A DNA stretch of 63,007 nucleotides, filler included, from Choristocarpus tenellus KU-1152 (GCA_964200185.2; 9 parts of 9 records of this genome joined end to end with filler, not necessarily neighbours in it); one strand, 5' to 3'. Shown: positions 13,801 through 25,340, numbered from the whole stretch's first letter. Made by a program: numbers and translations. Notes: generated by a model from the letters alone, not told the origin.

Positions 13801-16218
13801 ATTCAGTTATGTCTCTCATTTGAAGAGCTTCTTGAGGTTTGCAGCTCTTGTTAGAGTTTCAAACTTCTGATTACAAATGTTTTGGGTACAGATTACATTA
13901 TAGCCCTTACAAAGGAAGAAAGAGATCTGGCCTCATCAACTGCTAATATTATTAATTATGTGCACTACATTGTGATACCTGGGATAATGACTCTCATACC
14001 ACGGATAACCACCCAAGAGAACCAAATGGTCTGGTTTGCTTGCTGCACGGTATATGCAGGCTGTTGGGTGATGTGACAAGGCAGGGGGATTATACCCAGG
14101 ACATAGAATTATTTAAGATCTCAGACAATTCCGATGCACCAGACCCTTTAGTTGTAGTATTTACCAAAACTGGAGAGTGTTCAAGTTGGTTTTTTTAAAG
14201 GCCAGAAGTGTAGGGATGTTTGTACTGGAGTACCGTTACATTATGCAGGAGTTTTGTTTTTTGCATTTGGGAGTGGATTATCCAAAGTTTGTTCCCATGG
14301 CTCTGTGCTGGGTGTTCGTGTTGGAGATGTGAGATTAGACTTGGTGCCCTCTCTATCATTTTCTTATTCTATCAATTGCCCCAACAACAGTATCTGTGTC
14401 ATGGTTACTAGTAGTTCTCGAGGTAAGATGGCACACATTTGTCCGGGTATCCCATGCTCATGCCCATGACCCAAAACCTTTGTCAGGGCTAAGGAACTCG
14501 AGCGGTTTCGGACAGATCCTGAGTGCTTCGTGCTCCTCCTGGGGAAAAATGGAGCGCATGGTCTGGATTTGAGCTATGTCACACACATATTCCTCATGGA
14601 GCAGATCTGGGACAGATCTTTGGAAACGCAGGAGAGTGACCCACACGAGACCATCCATGATGGGGGATCAAGTTGTCCACCCTCAATCCTCTAGACCACG
14701 TTTACTCCACATTGTTTTGTTGTTCACTCTCAAGGTTGTTACGGGAAAATGTCATTTTACCTTAACAGTTACATGCTTCCTGCCAGTGTGGTTGAAGTTA
14801 CACTACGGTGCAGGAACGTTTGGGAAACTGAGAGAGCCTTGGAAAGGTTTTTTTTTAAGTTAGAACATTAATTATAACTGTTGCATTAGGTTCAACACGT
14901 TGTGGTGGAAGTAAAAACGATAGGGGTTGCAGAGGACCATCCACATTGCCTGTATGTTGTACTCCAGTAGCACAATGTTCTGATGGGTTGTCAAATGAGC
15001 TAGAGGCCGGATTAGTTTACAATGTGAGAAATGAATTTGTTTTTACACCTAGGACAATCTTGTCTCCCTGGATGGCTTTGACGTATGTGTGTGTATTTCG
15101 ATTTATGTGAAGTCATTCTGAGGTCTTGAGCTTTGCTTTTTGATTGTGCAGGTGATTGCCCGGGCTAATAGAATGGGTGCTAAGGGCTCTGTATCCGTTG
15201 TGAAGCTGATCATGCGGGACACCATGGAGGAGGTCCTACATGAATGGGTTAATGGGGACACCAACCGCTCTGCCACTGGTGGAAGCAGCAACAGTGACTT
15301 TGGTAAGGCGTTGGACGGGGTTGTATGAGATGAAATGCTGTTCGTGTTGTGGCAGGCTTAATTTTCTGACCTGATGGTGGCATCTCCCTTGTATCCCTTC
15401 TAGTTTTTTGCTCTTCTTGCAAAGTTGTATCTGTCTAGTCAAAAAGAAGGTACAACATACATCCGTGCAGTATAGCATTTGACCCTAGGCATGTACGACC
15501 TTTCACCTTCTTCAAGTGAAACCGAAAACACTGACACTTGCAGGTCATAATTAAAACACACAAGGCAAGGTCGGCTTCCCCAAGAAGTACACCTCTTCTT
15601 TGAGAAGCAGATGCCCCTAACCATTAATATTTGTTTGTTCTCTCACCTGCAGCAACACATCACAGTGCAACTCAAGCACATACTTCAAGTGGACAGGACT
15701 CCAGCAACCCAAAGTCTTCTAGTGAAAGTAAGAAAGGTCCCAGTTCCCCTCGCAAGGGGGTCAAACGAAAGAGAGCCCGGCCAGGGGGGGAAGCTGGTCC
15801 ACGGTCCCACGATCATGCCAAGATGCACTACCTGCTTTCTAACTTACGAGCCATTGGGGAAGAACGGCAATCAAACTGCTGGTCCAAGGGTGGAAGTACC
15901 AGTTCCAGCTGGAGCATTGGCACCAAGGGAAAGGGGAAGGGGAAGGGCAAGGGCAAGGCATACCAGCCTTCAAAGGGTAGTAGCAGAGGAGAAGGACTGT
16001 TAGGAGACGGAGAGGGCATTGATCAATTGAACAGAAGCAGACGCCGTGTGCTTTTTGCCCAGGAAGATGATGCTCAGGGAGGACAAGACCGGTTATCATG
16101 TCAAGGTCAGGAAGGCTTGACTCCAAGGGCCACCAGCCAACCAGGAGTCAATGGGTTCATGGGTCAAAGTAGTGGTCCTACCGTTGGCAGACGTGTAATG
16201 TTTGCCAATACTCACTAG
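139..16218 (+). CDS. SNF2-family helicase with internal RING-like finger (At3g54460-like), 5' end outside window; 17 exons, about 843 aa visible
   Basis: Phase-consistent exons 139-262, 1441-1610, 2005-2195, 4539-4608, 5111-5194, 6243-6371, 7486-7560, 7954-8061, 9694-9744, 10002-10079, 10296-10412, 10870-11183, 11607-11664, 13420-13520, 14487-14631, 15152-15302, 15653-16218. Motifs: Ia GTLVVVPPPMLPHWQNQ; VVVTTY; II WLRIVLDEGH; III RWVMTGTP; RING-like CQGC...TPCAHLICVDC...CCVC; IV KAIIFSQF; V AHGLDLSYVTHIFLMEQIWDRSLETQ; VI VIARANRMGA. DEGHxLGSS and HGLDLSxVTHxFLME match the At3g54460 family as I recall it. Confidence 0.93.
2540..2810 (+). mobile_element. Highly decayed LINE (RTE-like) 3' fragment in intron
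   Basis: Frameshifted similarity, by eye, to the RTE C-terminal pattern (RxRxxxxAG...GM...MFxL...W); weak. Confidence 0.3.
3588..3843. mobile_element. MITE family B, complete (about 256 bp)
   Basis: Ends TGAGTGAAAGTATCTTGGAGGGTA...CACCCTCTAAGATACTTTGACCC; flanked by GTT/GTT; many related copies in window. Confidence 0.85.
4303..4495. mobile_element. MITE family A, complete (about 190 bp)
   Basis: TIRs GATCCAAAGTATCTGG-G tract / C tract-CCAGATACTTTGAGCC; internal CCCAAAAATCGCGA core; ends about 43 nt before the exon at 4539; no matching TSD. Confidence 0.85.
11889..12082 (+). repeat. Intronic tandem repeat, about 85-95 bp unit, 2.2 copies
   Basis: GGCAGTTTATTTAAC...TTTCTACCTCAGCACCTCCTATAGTTTCGTTTCAACTTGGATTGATT repeated. 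Confidence 0.8.
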
Positions 16219-16778
16219 TGGCAAGGTGCCCACACTCACAATGGTTGGTTGTTGCCCGTCAGTTCACTACTGGGTAAGTAATAGAAGTCGGACAGATTGG
16301 AGTATGGGACGTAACACTCAACGATGCTATGTACATAGGCAATGAACAATCCCTTGTTACAAACCTTTATGTGTGATCCATTGCCATCGAAATCGATATC
16401 CCACCCTTTTTGTGTTCCGTACAGGGCAGGATGAAACCTGCTATTACCTAAAGAATATTTCTCGGGTTCATGCATCCATATTCACTTCCTCCTCCCTTCC
16501 TTAGTACGGAGTTGAGAGTAATAATGGCTGTGTCGTTTGAAGCGCCTATACACTCATGCTTGTGTGGTATTGTAGGCATTCACCAAGAATAACTGGGTTG
16601 GAAAAAGTGCTTCTGCTCCCCCTTATGGATCGACCTGCAGGGTTATTTTTAAGGCACTGGGAAGATGTCATACAGTCAAACATAGATATTGCATATATTT
16701 AGAGCACTTATCTCTGGAGTTACAGTTATCTTTGAGGACCAACTTAACTCACCTTGATGGTATATTATAGCAACCTTA

Positions 16779-16851
16779 TGTTACAGGCGCCCCTCAATGC
16801 TCACCTTCCAGGATGTACAACTCAAATCCAACGACCTCAAAAAGACGCTAC
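16779..16851 (+). mobile_element. LTR-like 5' fragment (TGTTACAGGCG family), cut by linker
   Basis: Matches the starts of the elements at 23834 and 27566. Confidence 0.65.
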
Positions 16852-16951
16852 NNNNNNNNNNNNNNNNNNNNNNNNNNNNNNNNNNNNNNNNNNNNTTAAT
16901 TAATTAANNNNNNNNNNNNNNNNNNNNNNNNNNNNNNNNNNNNNNNNNNNN
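16852..16951. other. Artificial contig linker N44-TTAATTAATTAA-N44 (also 21892-21991, 38834-38933, 43245-43344, 48954-49053, 52329-52428, 56855-56954, 60175-60274)
   Basis: Identical 100-nt structure eight times; the 12-mer puts stop codons in all six frames. Confidence 0.97.
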
Positions 16952-17573
16952 GCTTCCACTTTATTCCCCTACCAGCAACATACTGTACTGCTGTATGGTA
17001 GCATGACCCAGGAAGAAAAGTACTTTTCGCGAGAAATTTATTTTTACGCGCGCGCCAAACTCGCGTGAATATCTCTGGGAGTTTGTACCAAATCGTCCGA
17101 ATACGAGAAATCTGGTACAAAAGCCTATTTTTTTATTATGTCGAAAAAAGCGGTACAAAAGTGGCCTATTTTTCGATTTGGTTCGTAATATCTGGCGCAA
17201 AATAGGGATACCTACTGTACCTAGAACAAATGACCTGATGTTTTGGTTGTAAGATTCAAGTTACTGCCTTTTCGTTGGCATCCGCATTTCTACAAGTAAT
17301 GATCTACAAAATTTGGGTGAGTCTATCTTCGGTCAATCTTGATTCACCAACTCTTGTTGGAATAGAAGGTTATATTAAATTGGGGGGCGTCGTTACTATT
17401 TCAGTTGTTTGTTGTGTGAGTGCACTGAATTTCTGATCGGGTATGTTGTTGCCGTTTCTCATTATTCTGAGTATTATGCTGTGGTGTTGGAAGAACCTTT
17501 TAATATGTTGTGGATACAGATGGTTCAATCCGTTCATGGGTTCTGGGTTGTATGGAATTAATCCATCATTTTT

Positions 17574-18019
17574 TTATTATGCCCTCTGACATTTTGCAGA
17601 TGTGTCAGGGGGAAACCAATGAAAACTATATACATATAAAGGTGTTGAGGTTATAACTAATCCATCATCGTTTTTGGTTTTCGTAAAGTAGAGAAAAAAT
17701 TGGGTTGTAAGTGTATCGGGAGTAAGTGTTGTTGTGTTGGTAAGATTATTCATACATATTTTATTCTATTGTTATATACTTAAAACGAATAAGTTGTGAT
17801 ATTTTTCAAGAACCCACTGTTGTTTCTACTACCAATATAAATTACTACATACACAGATTGTTGTGAAAACTAATTGCCTTCTTTTCGCTTTTCCATCGAC
17901 AATGTACATAAAAGTGTCTTATAGTATTCTTATGTTTAGGACATTTTATATACACATATATATATAGTTTTCATTGGTTTCCCCCTGACACATCTGCAAA
18001 ATGTCAGAGGGCATAATAA
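17574..18019. repeat. Perfect 59-bp inverted repeat (17574-17632 / 17961-18019) around an AT-rich spacer; probable MITE or foldback element
   Basis: TTATTATGCCCTCTGACATTTTGCAGATGTGTCAGGGGGAAACCAATGAAAACTATATA and its exact reverse complement. Confidence 0.85.
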
Positions 18020-18323
18020 TGAATATATGTACATAAAAAGTATTTTCATATATAATATTTCAATCGAAATTTATTTATCGTATGGGTCGATAATATTCGG
18101 GTAGCTTTTTGTGGATCACGTACAAATCAAGTACTCAAAACCAAAATAGTTTGCATCATGGTGACCACACTAACAAGGTCGGTTTTAGGGGCTGACAAGC
18201 AGACCCCACACCTCTTGCCGTCTCGTGCATCCAAACAGAAGGTAACATTTTCAACAGTACCAAGAGGTTTATTTCAAGAGTATCAGCTGTGCAGTTGGGA
18301 AAAGCAATAGAAGTGCAGGAAAG

Positions 18324-19813
18324 ATGGGGTCTGATCTGAGCGAGGCAATGGAGGTGCCACCTTTCAGCACTGAAAAGCCAAGGTACAACATGACCACTTT
18401 TGTGGGACGCACGTTGCATTTCTACAGCATCAACGATCCTCGTACTCTCCTCAATACACCAGCCGATGTCAAGGTGGCTGAGAGGTTGCTACAGCAGCAT
18501 GATCGAGGGGAGGCACCAGAGAGTGTTACTGACGAACAACTCTGGGCCGCCCGTCGTGTTCTGGAGTCAACCATACATCCGGATACCAAGGAGGCTATCT
18601 TTCCCCTTTTCCGCTTCTCAGCTTTTGTCCCTGTAAACATGGCTATTGTTACGGCGACCCTCACACCAGCGGTGTTGAGGAGCTTCCCCGCCACAGCTGG
18701 GATCCACTTCTTGAATCAGACATACAATGCAGCTATCAACTACGCCAACCGGAACGCATCCAACCCAGTACCCATGGAGAGACTCGTGGAAGGATACATG
18801 GGGGCGGTGGCCACCTCATTGTCTATAGGTATGAGTGCCACTTACTTGACGAAGAGGGTGGCGGCAAGTGGAGGGGGTGGGGCTGCAGCATCGCTTATCC
18901 GCATGACTGTACCCTTCGTAGCGGTGGCAGGGGCGGGGGCTAGCAACGTTTTCCTCATGCGCCGCAATGAACTCAAGGAAGGGGTGGATATGTATGACGA
19001 GGACGGTCGGATGCTAGGAAAGAGTGTCAAGGTGTGTTCATGGCAAAACAGAGCAAGCAGAAGACCTGCCCATTTTGAACTCCAGTTCTAATTCCCTGCA
19101 GAATATCTTTGGCTTTGAGTGTGCAGTGCACTGCTGCTCCCATGAACTGTTAATGTGATTTATGTTACGTATCTTTGCTGCAATTGCACTGCAACAGCCT
19201 ACCTCATTTCTGTACCAACCTGAGCTGTTTTCACTGACACCAGGACTTGTGTTCCCTACCTTTTCTCATTCGCTTGTCTCATCCCAGTGCATACGGAAGG
19301 ACCCCCCATACACTCTTTGCTGACCCCAGCTGCCTTGTGTGTCACCTCAAAACGCTACCTTCAAGCGGCAGTTTGTTCCATGAAGATGGTCTCATGCGTT
19401 TGAGATTATTTTACCACCCTCACCCAACCCTACTGCAGCACCTTATTGCCCTTCCTCTTTCACCTAAAACATCTCTATCTGTTCTCCACAATTCATGAAA
19501 TAAGGCTGGAGAGACGGGACTGGCCAAGTGTGCCGCAGCACGGGTGATCTGGAATGTTCCTGTAATGGTTCTTCCGCCAGTGATCATGACCCGACTGGAA
19601 AAGCTCCCACTTCTTGCATGCAACCCCAGACTCCGCATGGCTTGTGAGACTGCAGTGGTGACGGCATGTTTGCTTGGTGCAGTATCCCCTGCGTTAGCGT
19701 TCTTCCCTCAGAGGGACTCAATTCCTGTTGAAAAGCTTGAACCTGAATTTAAAGGACACTTGGGTACAAATGGTCTGCCAGTCACCCACCTGTGGTACAA
19801 CAAGGGTCTCTGA
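18324..19813 (+). CDS. Sideroflexin (SFXN/Mtc mitochondrial carrier family), 338 aa; exons 18324-19031 and 19505-19813
   Basis: Family motifs PRYNMTTFVGR..HF...NDPR, STIHPDTKE.IFP.FRFSAFVPVN, NQTYNAAINYANRNAS, VPFVAVA..SNVFLMRRNEL, ALAFFPQ, KLEPE and C-terminal YNKGL; phase-0 GT-AG intron. Confidence 0.96.
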
Positions 19814-21855
19814 ATCTGCAGTTGGTAATTGGGCTCAGCACCCATCTACCAGCCCAGCTCTACCCCCCTCCCTGTAATACTGCCTACCATATGCACTTGG
19901 TTCTCTCTCTTTGAGTGTGTGGTCAGTGGTTGAAAAAGATGCAATCCCTACCTGGTCTTTTGAGGGCACAGAGTATGTGCCCTGCTGGGCTTGGATATTT
20001 TTAGGTCTAGGGCAGGAAGAGTTAGAAGTAGAGATATAGGATAGGGTTAAGAGTTTGAGGGAATTTTGAACACAAATATTTTTGCTTCGATTGGACCAGC
20101 CTGTGCTTGTGTATGGCAAGAGACTTTTTTATTATGTTTTGGTATTTTTTTCTTCCCCATAGGAGAATATTTTCCTTTTCTGTCTCTCCCATTCAGTTCT
20201 TGTTCAAGTGGACCTTTGACATGTTCTTTGTCAGAGCACTGCTGCACTAAGGTTGTTGGTCAGGGGGTGGAGGTGGGCCAGCCCCAATGGAGATTGGAAA
20301 CCCCTAACCCTTTTGAACTATGTAGTTTATTATTTCTATTTATGTGTACGTGTGGGTGTATGTGTGGGTGTGTCTTTCTTCCTTTCTTCTTATGTTATAG
20401 AGCCTACAGAAACAGTCCTGCTGCAATTAGACAGGATCCATTACTGTACCACATATTACATAGAATTTCAGACTTGATCCAGGAAACCCACTCTGTTGAC
20501 GAGGCTGCTCCCTTGACTTGATATGTAGCTGGAGCCAATCTGTCTCACTCCTCATTTGGAATCACTGTGATGAACTTCGATCCATGCAGGGAGTCACTAT
20601 CTTTACCCGGAGCAGAACAGAAGAGACCCGAGCTGGGAACTAAACTTCTAGAATTCCTACCAACTTGTATCCTGGATTACCAACAATTAGTATGTGCCCC
20701 CAATTCTTTTTTTGCAGGTTGATTGTAGTTACCCTGGTTTGTTTCCATTTTTTTTTCCAAGTCTGGGACGGGCATGGGATGTGGGTGTTGAGTCTCCCAG
20801 TCCATAACCTAGACTGTGAACAGAACTGAAGTGCACATATGAACATCAACTGGAGGCATAAGGTTTGGGCTGTGGTTTGTGATCCGTTCCTTATTTAGAT
20901 CTTGACCTAAGGAAAAACCGTCTCATGTGTTGCAGACTGTGCACTATACATGTGGACTGAAGCGGACTGAAGTGGTACAGGTACCACCAAACAAGAAATT
21001 GGACCAAGAATGTGTTGCTTTGACTGCTGTGTCTTGCGACAAAATAACGCCATAAGAAATGCCTCAAAACCTCTTCTGTGTGAAGTTCAGGTAAGAGTGA
21101 TGTACAACGCTGCCGTTGTGGTTTGATGTGAATTTTTGTACTGAAGCACTGCATTGTACTTGTGAAAATATTTTGAACACTGGAGCACGAGTCCAATTAG
21201 CTATGTGATAAGATTGATATTGTGGGGTGGAGTGGTGGTGAGGATGCAGGAAAAAAGGCCCTGGTTGATGCCCAAAGGGCCACCTCCTGTGCTTTCAAGT
21301 TTGTGGGCAACTCTGTTGAGTACTTTAAAAAACACTGTTTTTGAGGTGCTTTTTTGAAAAAAGGGAGTGGCAGGACTTTCCTGCCCCTTGGAATTGAAAG
21401 TGTTCTTGGTATACCCTGGCATATTTTCATGAAACTTCTACCACAGCTAATAATACCAATTTATAATGTCTATACTGGTACTGGTGTGGAGGGTGAGAGG
21501 GGAGCGTGCTTTCCCCTCAGTGTAAAAGGAGAGTTTGCCCAAAGGGCAATCTTCTCCTCTGCCCACCCTAATTCTTGAGGGACTGTTGGTAGCATCTGCA
21601 CTCCCAAAGAGTTGGTTGCAAAACCTGGAAAAAAGTGGGTTGCATGTAGAAACTGCTGTTCACTGGAAGTGCAGCAATTGAGGCAGTACCCAGGATAGGA
21701 CAGGCGGAAGTGCTGCACTGCTTTTCCTTCTTTGCCCTAGTACCCAGTTATCACTACTTATTTTTGCATCAAATCGAGTTGTGCTCACAGGTTTTTACTA
21801 GACCTTCGCTTGATTATGCATATTGGTGAAAGGGCGGAAATGATTTGACAGGAGG

Positions 21856-22089
21856 TTGGTCAAAGTATCTGGGGGGGTTGGTTTGTGAGGGNNNNNNNNN
21901 NNNNNNNNNNNNNNNNNNNNNNNNNNNNNNNNNNNTTAATTAATTAANNNNNNNNNNNNNNNNNNNNNNNNNNNNNNNNNNNNNNNNNNNNCATACGTTG
22001 CATGGATAATGTAAGGCGCCTTTTCCCGGTCATGACCTAAATGGACACCCTGGGGTAGCCCCCCCCCCCCCTCCCAGATACTTTGGGTC
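21856..22089. mobile_element. Two MITE family A fragments flanking a linker (21856-21891; 21992-22089)
   Basis: CAAAGTATCTGGGG end and CCCAGATACTTTGGGTC end; flanks do not form a TSD, so probably two different copies. Confidence 0.75.
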
Positions 22090-22330
22090 AAAATATGCCT
22101 GAGACTACCAAGAGAGATGGCTCAGATGTTTGACGAAAGGGGCGCAAAAATCATGAAGCTATCCAAGGCAGCGAAGATGAGTCCTTGATTCAAGGCGATA
22201 ACTGGTTGCAGGGAAGTTTGATATTTATCTCAAAACAACGGCGTGGGTATGGAAGTCCTAGAAGGGTCAAAAGGCACTGGTGTTGTGGATCCCAACATAG
22301 GGCCGCTGCAGAAGGGGAATTAACCAATCG

Positions 22331-22513
22331 GGCTAAAAGTATCTGGGGGGGTGCGGGTGGCGGCTGTCCATTTGGGGTGATTTTTCTCATGTCACGATTT
22401 TTGGGTGATTTGGTTGCATATGTCGGATGGATAATGTAAGTACACTTTTCCTGGTTATGGACAAAATTAACACCCTGGTGTAGACCACCCTCCCCCCACA
22501 AATACTTTGGGTC
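22331..22513. mobile_element. MITE family A, complete, TSD TCG
   Basis: TCG|GGCTAAAAGTATCTGGGG...CCCCACAAATACTTTGGGTC|TCG. Confidence 0.88.
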
Positions 22514-22635
22514 TCGCCGATAATATATCATCGGTATAGCAAAAAAAAAGTAGATCCGAGTGTGTGGAATCAGCACATCAGTCAATCTTATATGTGAGAG
22601 GTTTATGGAATATGGTCAGCATGGCGTCATCAAGG

Positions 22636-23272
22636 TGAGTGCAAATATCCTAGAGGGTACGATTTTTGCCCTGTTTGTCCGTTTGGGACTTGTGTTCTCA
22701 CGCTTTTAAAATTATATTTATCTACCACAAAATACTTCACAGTAGGTAAAATGTATACTTTATGAGATCGTGTGTCCGAACAAGGATATTGACACTTTCT
22801 AACAAGGCCATGGTCAAGGTCTGAGGGCATGGGACCAGTAATGTGGTCAGCCTGAATACAAATCGAGATGTATGTGTGGTTAGAGTATAGGTCTCACGTA
22901 TCTTTACAGACAGAGGATACTCAAGAATGGAGATGTGAACTATTTACAATATTCAACAACGATTGACTAGCGTTTGTGATCCGACAGTGCTTAATGAGTG
23001 TTATGAGTCACCATCTCAGAGGATAGAACCGCGTCCGTTTGGGGTCCAAAATCCAATGTTTCGATTTTGATGTAGTTTTGGCTGTCATGTTTGTTAGGAA
23101 GTGTCAATATCCTTGTTCCAAACACACCTTTTCACAATGTACACATTTTACCGACCTCAAAACATTTCAGAGTAGGTAAAGTGTCTTAAAAAAACAATGG
23201 GAAGTCAAGCCCCAAGCGGACAAACAGGGCAAAACTCTTATCCTCTAAGATAGGGTTAGATATTTTCACTCT
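22636..23272. mobile_element. Two decayed MITE family B copies (about 22636-22805 forward; about 23020-23272 reverse)
   Basis: AGAGGGTACGATTTTTGCCCTGTTTGTCC and AACAAGGATATTGACAC motifs. Confidence 0.75.
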
Positions 23273-23643
23273 TATCCGATGGTTTTAACCAACACTCAGA
23301 TGGGTGAAGATGCTGGTGCATCTACGACGTGATCAAATTCAACACAGTAGACGAAATCAATAGTTCATGTATGCATACTCTTCCTTCCTCTTACATTATG
23401 AGATGATTGAAAATGTCGATAACAATGTTCCAAAGTGTAAAATAAGATGGACAATGCTGTTGGCTCAATTCCTAATACGATATAAGGTGATTGTACGGTC
23501 ATTACATCACGTCGGGGGGATCATGCCTCTCAAAAACAAGTAGCAAGTAAGTGTGACTCATCTGAAGGCTCCATCACTCACCTAGTGGTATGTTTTAATC
23601 TATGTTTTTGTTGAGGGTGCACATTTTCATGGTGATAAACTAA

Positions 23644-23780
23644 TGTTACAGCACGCTCCAGAGGCTTACCTCCGCGGGATGTATAGCTCCAATCTACAGA
23701 CCTATAGATGATACTGATGCACGTGTAGGACTCCTGATGCAAAAGTCGTCAAGTATGCTGGATCTCTCACTTGGATTATC
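23644..23780 (+). mobile_element. LTR-like fragment, subfamily 2 (related copies 26203-26337 and reverse about 27470-27565)
   Basis: TGTTACAGCACGCTCCAGAG...GTCGTCAAGTATGCTGGATCTCTCACTTGGATTAT shared between copies. Confidence 0.65.
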
Positions 23781-23833
23781 ATCAATATCATCGCATAAAA
23801 AGGAATTGTGTGGAAGAATCGGTAGGACCTCCA

Positions 23834-24300
23834 TATTACAGCGTGCCCCAGAACTCACCTCCACAGGATATACAACTCAAATCCAACGACCCTAAAACGA
23901 CCCTACGGGGGTCCACAGATGATGAACACATATGGTGTCAGTTGATGCTTAGCTCAGTCGATGTCTCGATTTTCGCTTTATCAAAGGAGGGTAAGGATCA
24001 AAGAATTGAGTCGTGTGGTCAACAAAAAGTCAGCCTTTTATTAACGTCATTCACCGTTTTTCTACAGCCAAAGAGTTAAATGACGTCTGCAAACTGCTGT
24101 GTAAATACTCCAATCATAAGTCCTTATTCTGCAACTTTCAGGAATTGACGTATATTCTGTAAGGTTATGTATGCATTTCGAATCTTACTCTGCATCTTCT
24201 ATCAATTCGAAGTTCCTCTTCTATCAATTTTTACGTAAGTATACTGTTCGCGCATTTTGGCACGCAGAGAGAGAAATGCTCGCGCTATTCGCCTGTAACA
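23834..24300 (+). mobile_element. Solo-LTR-like element (about 470 bp)
   Basis: TATTACAGCG (decayed TGTTACAG) ... CTATTCGCCTGTAACA; similar to 27566-28123 at both ends. Confidence 0.7.
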
Positions 24301-24317
24301 TTCATACTTTTGTGAAA

Positions 24318-24500
24318 GACCCAAAGTATTTATTTGTGGGGGGGGGACGGTGTACACCAGGGTGTCCATTTCGTCCATAACCAGGAAAAGTGTAATTACA
24401 ATATCCATCCGACATATGCAACCAAATCACCCAAAAATCGCGACATGAAAAAAATCACCCCAAATGGACAACCGCCACTCCCCCCCAGATACTTTGAGCC
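24318..24500. mobile_element. MITE family A, complete, TSD AAA
   Basis: AAA|GACCCAAAGTAT...CCCAGATACTTTGAGCC|AAA. Confidence 0.88.
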
Positions 24501-24559
24501 AAATAAAGATCACATGTATTGAACAGCCATCTCTAGCATACACAAGGATCAATTTATGT

Positions 24560-25340
24560 TCCCGGTGATATGATGGTCTCTTCACCACCGCATGTGTCCA
24601 CTACTCGTGTAAATGAGGAGAGTTGAAAGACGAAATAACATTATATTGTTTTTTTCTAAAAGTCCACCGATGTGCATGTACAATCTATCTCCAAAGGGTT
24701 GATAGGCTTTGGTAAAATGGAGATATCAAGTCAAGGCTGGTCGTGAACAGAGCTGACTGAGATCTGTTTCCAGTTATCTCACCTTCTTCTGCAATAGACT
24801 AAAACCATCAATGACATCACATGTAAAACGATTGTTTAACGAGGTGGTCAACCCATGTAAGGGATGACGATGTGTGGGTAACACGAGATCTTATCCAAGA
24901 CAGGTAAGTTATGAGAAAGGTTGGCAGCGATCTGTGCCATACATTAATCCAGAAATCTCTTTACTTCGACGATAGGTTATTGTACAGTCACGGTAGTGCA
25001 AGATATACAGACCATGCATGCAAAGGAGTATGATACCAGCAATAACAACTTCTCAAGTAAATAAATACTGTTTGGGACGAGAATTTTACTGGTTAGACAA
25101 TCCGGGTACTACGCGATAGGTTGCTATCATTTCACAGCATCATGGGATTTTTGCTCTTTGTGAAGGTCACAAGACGTTCCGTAGTCACGAGGTGAAGGTG
25201 ATAGAAAACATTTATGGATGAACAACGACCAGGACCAGGTCTATTTCCAACAATGCTATCAATAGTTTACAGGCCAACAACTGGTTAAGAGGTTTGATGG
25301 TCTACATCTAGTAAGGGCATCGGTTTCCCAAAATCAAACA
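24560..25340 (-). mobile_element. Possible very decayed gypsy pol (RNase H end / integrase) remnant
   Basis: Fragmentary DALTR-like and P.PINP....VDF-like patterns next to LTR-like elements; many stops. Confidence 0.3.

Noticed and set aside
16852-16951. Repeated TTAATTAATTAA motif, and ORFs ending XXXLIN
   Set aside because: Artificial assembly linker. Gene neighbourhoods across linkers (e.g. copia next to RNR) are not evidence of linkage.
20560-20660. GTGATGA C-box-like motif (snoRNA?)
   Set aside because: No suitably placed D box or terminal stem.
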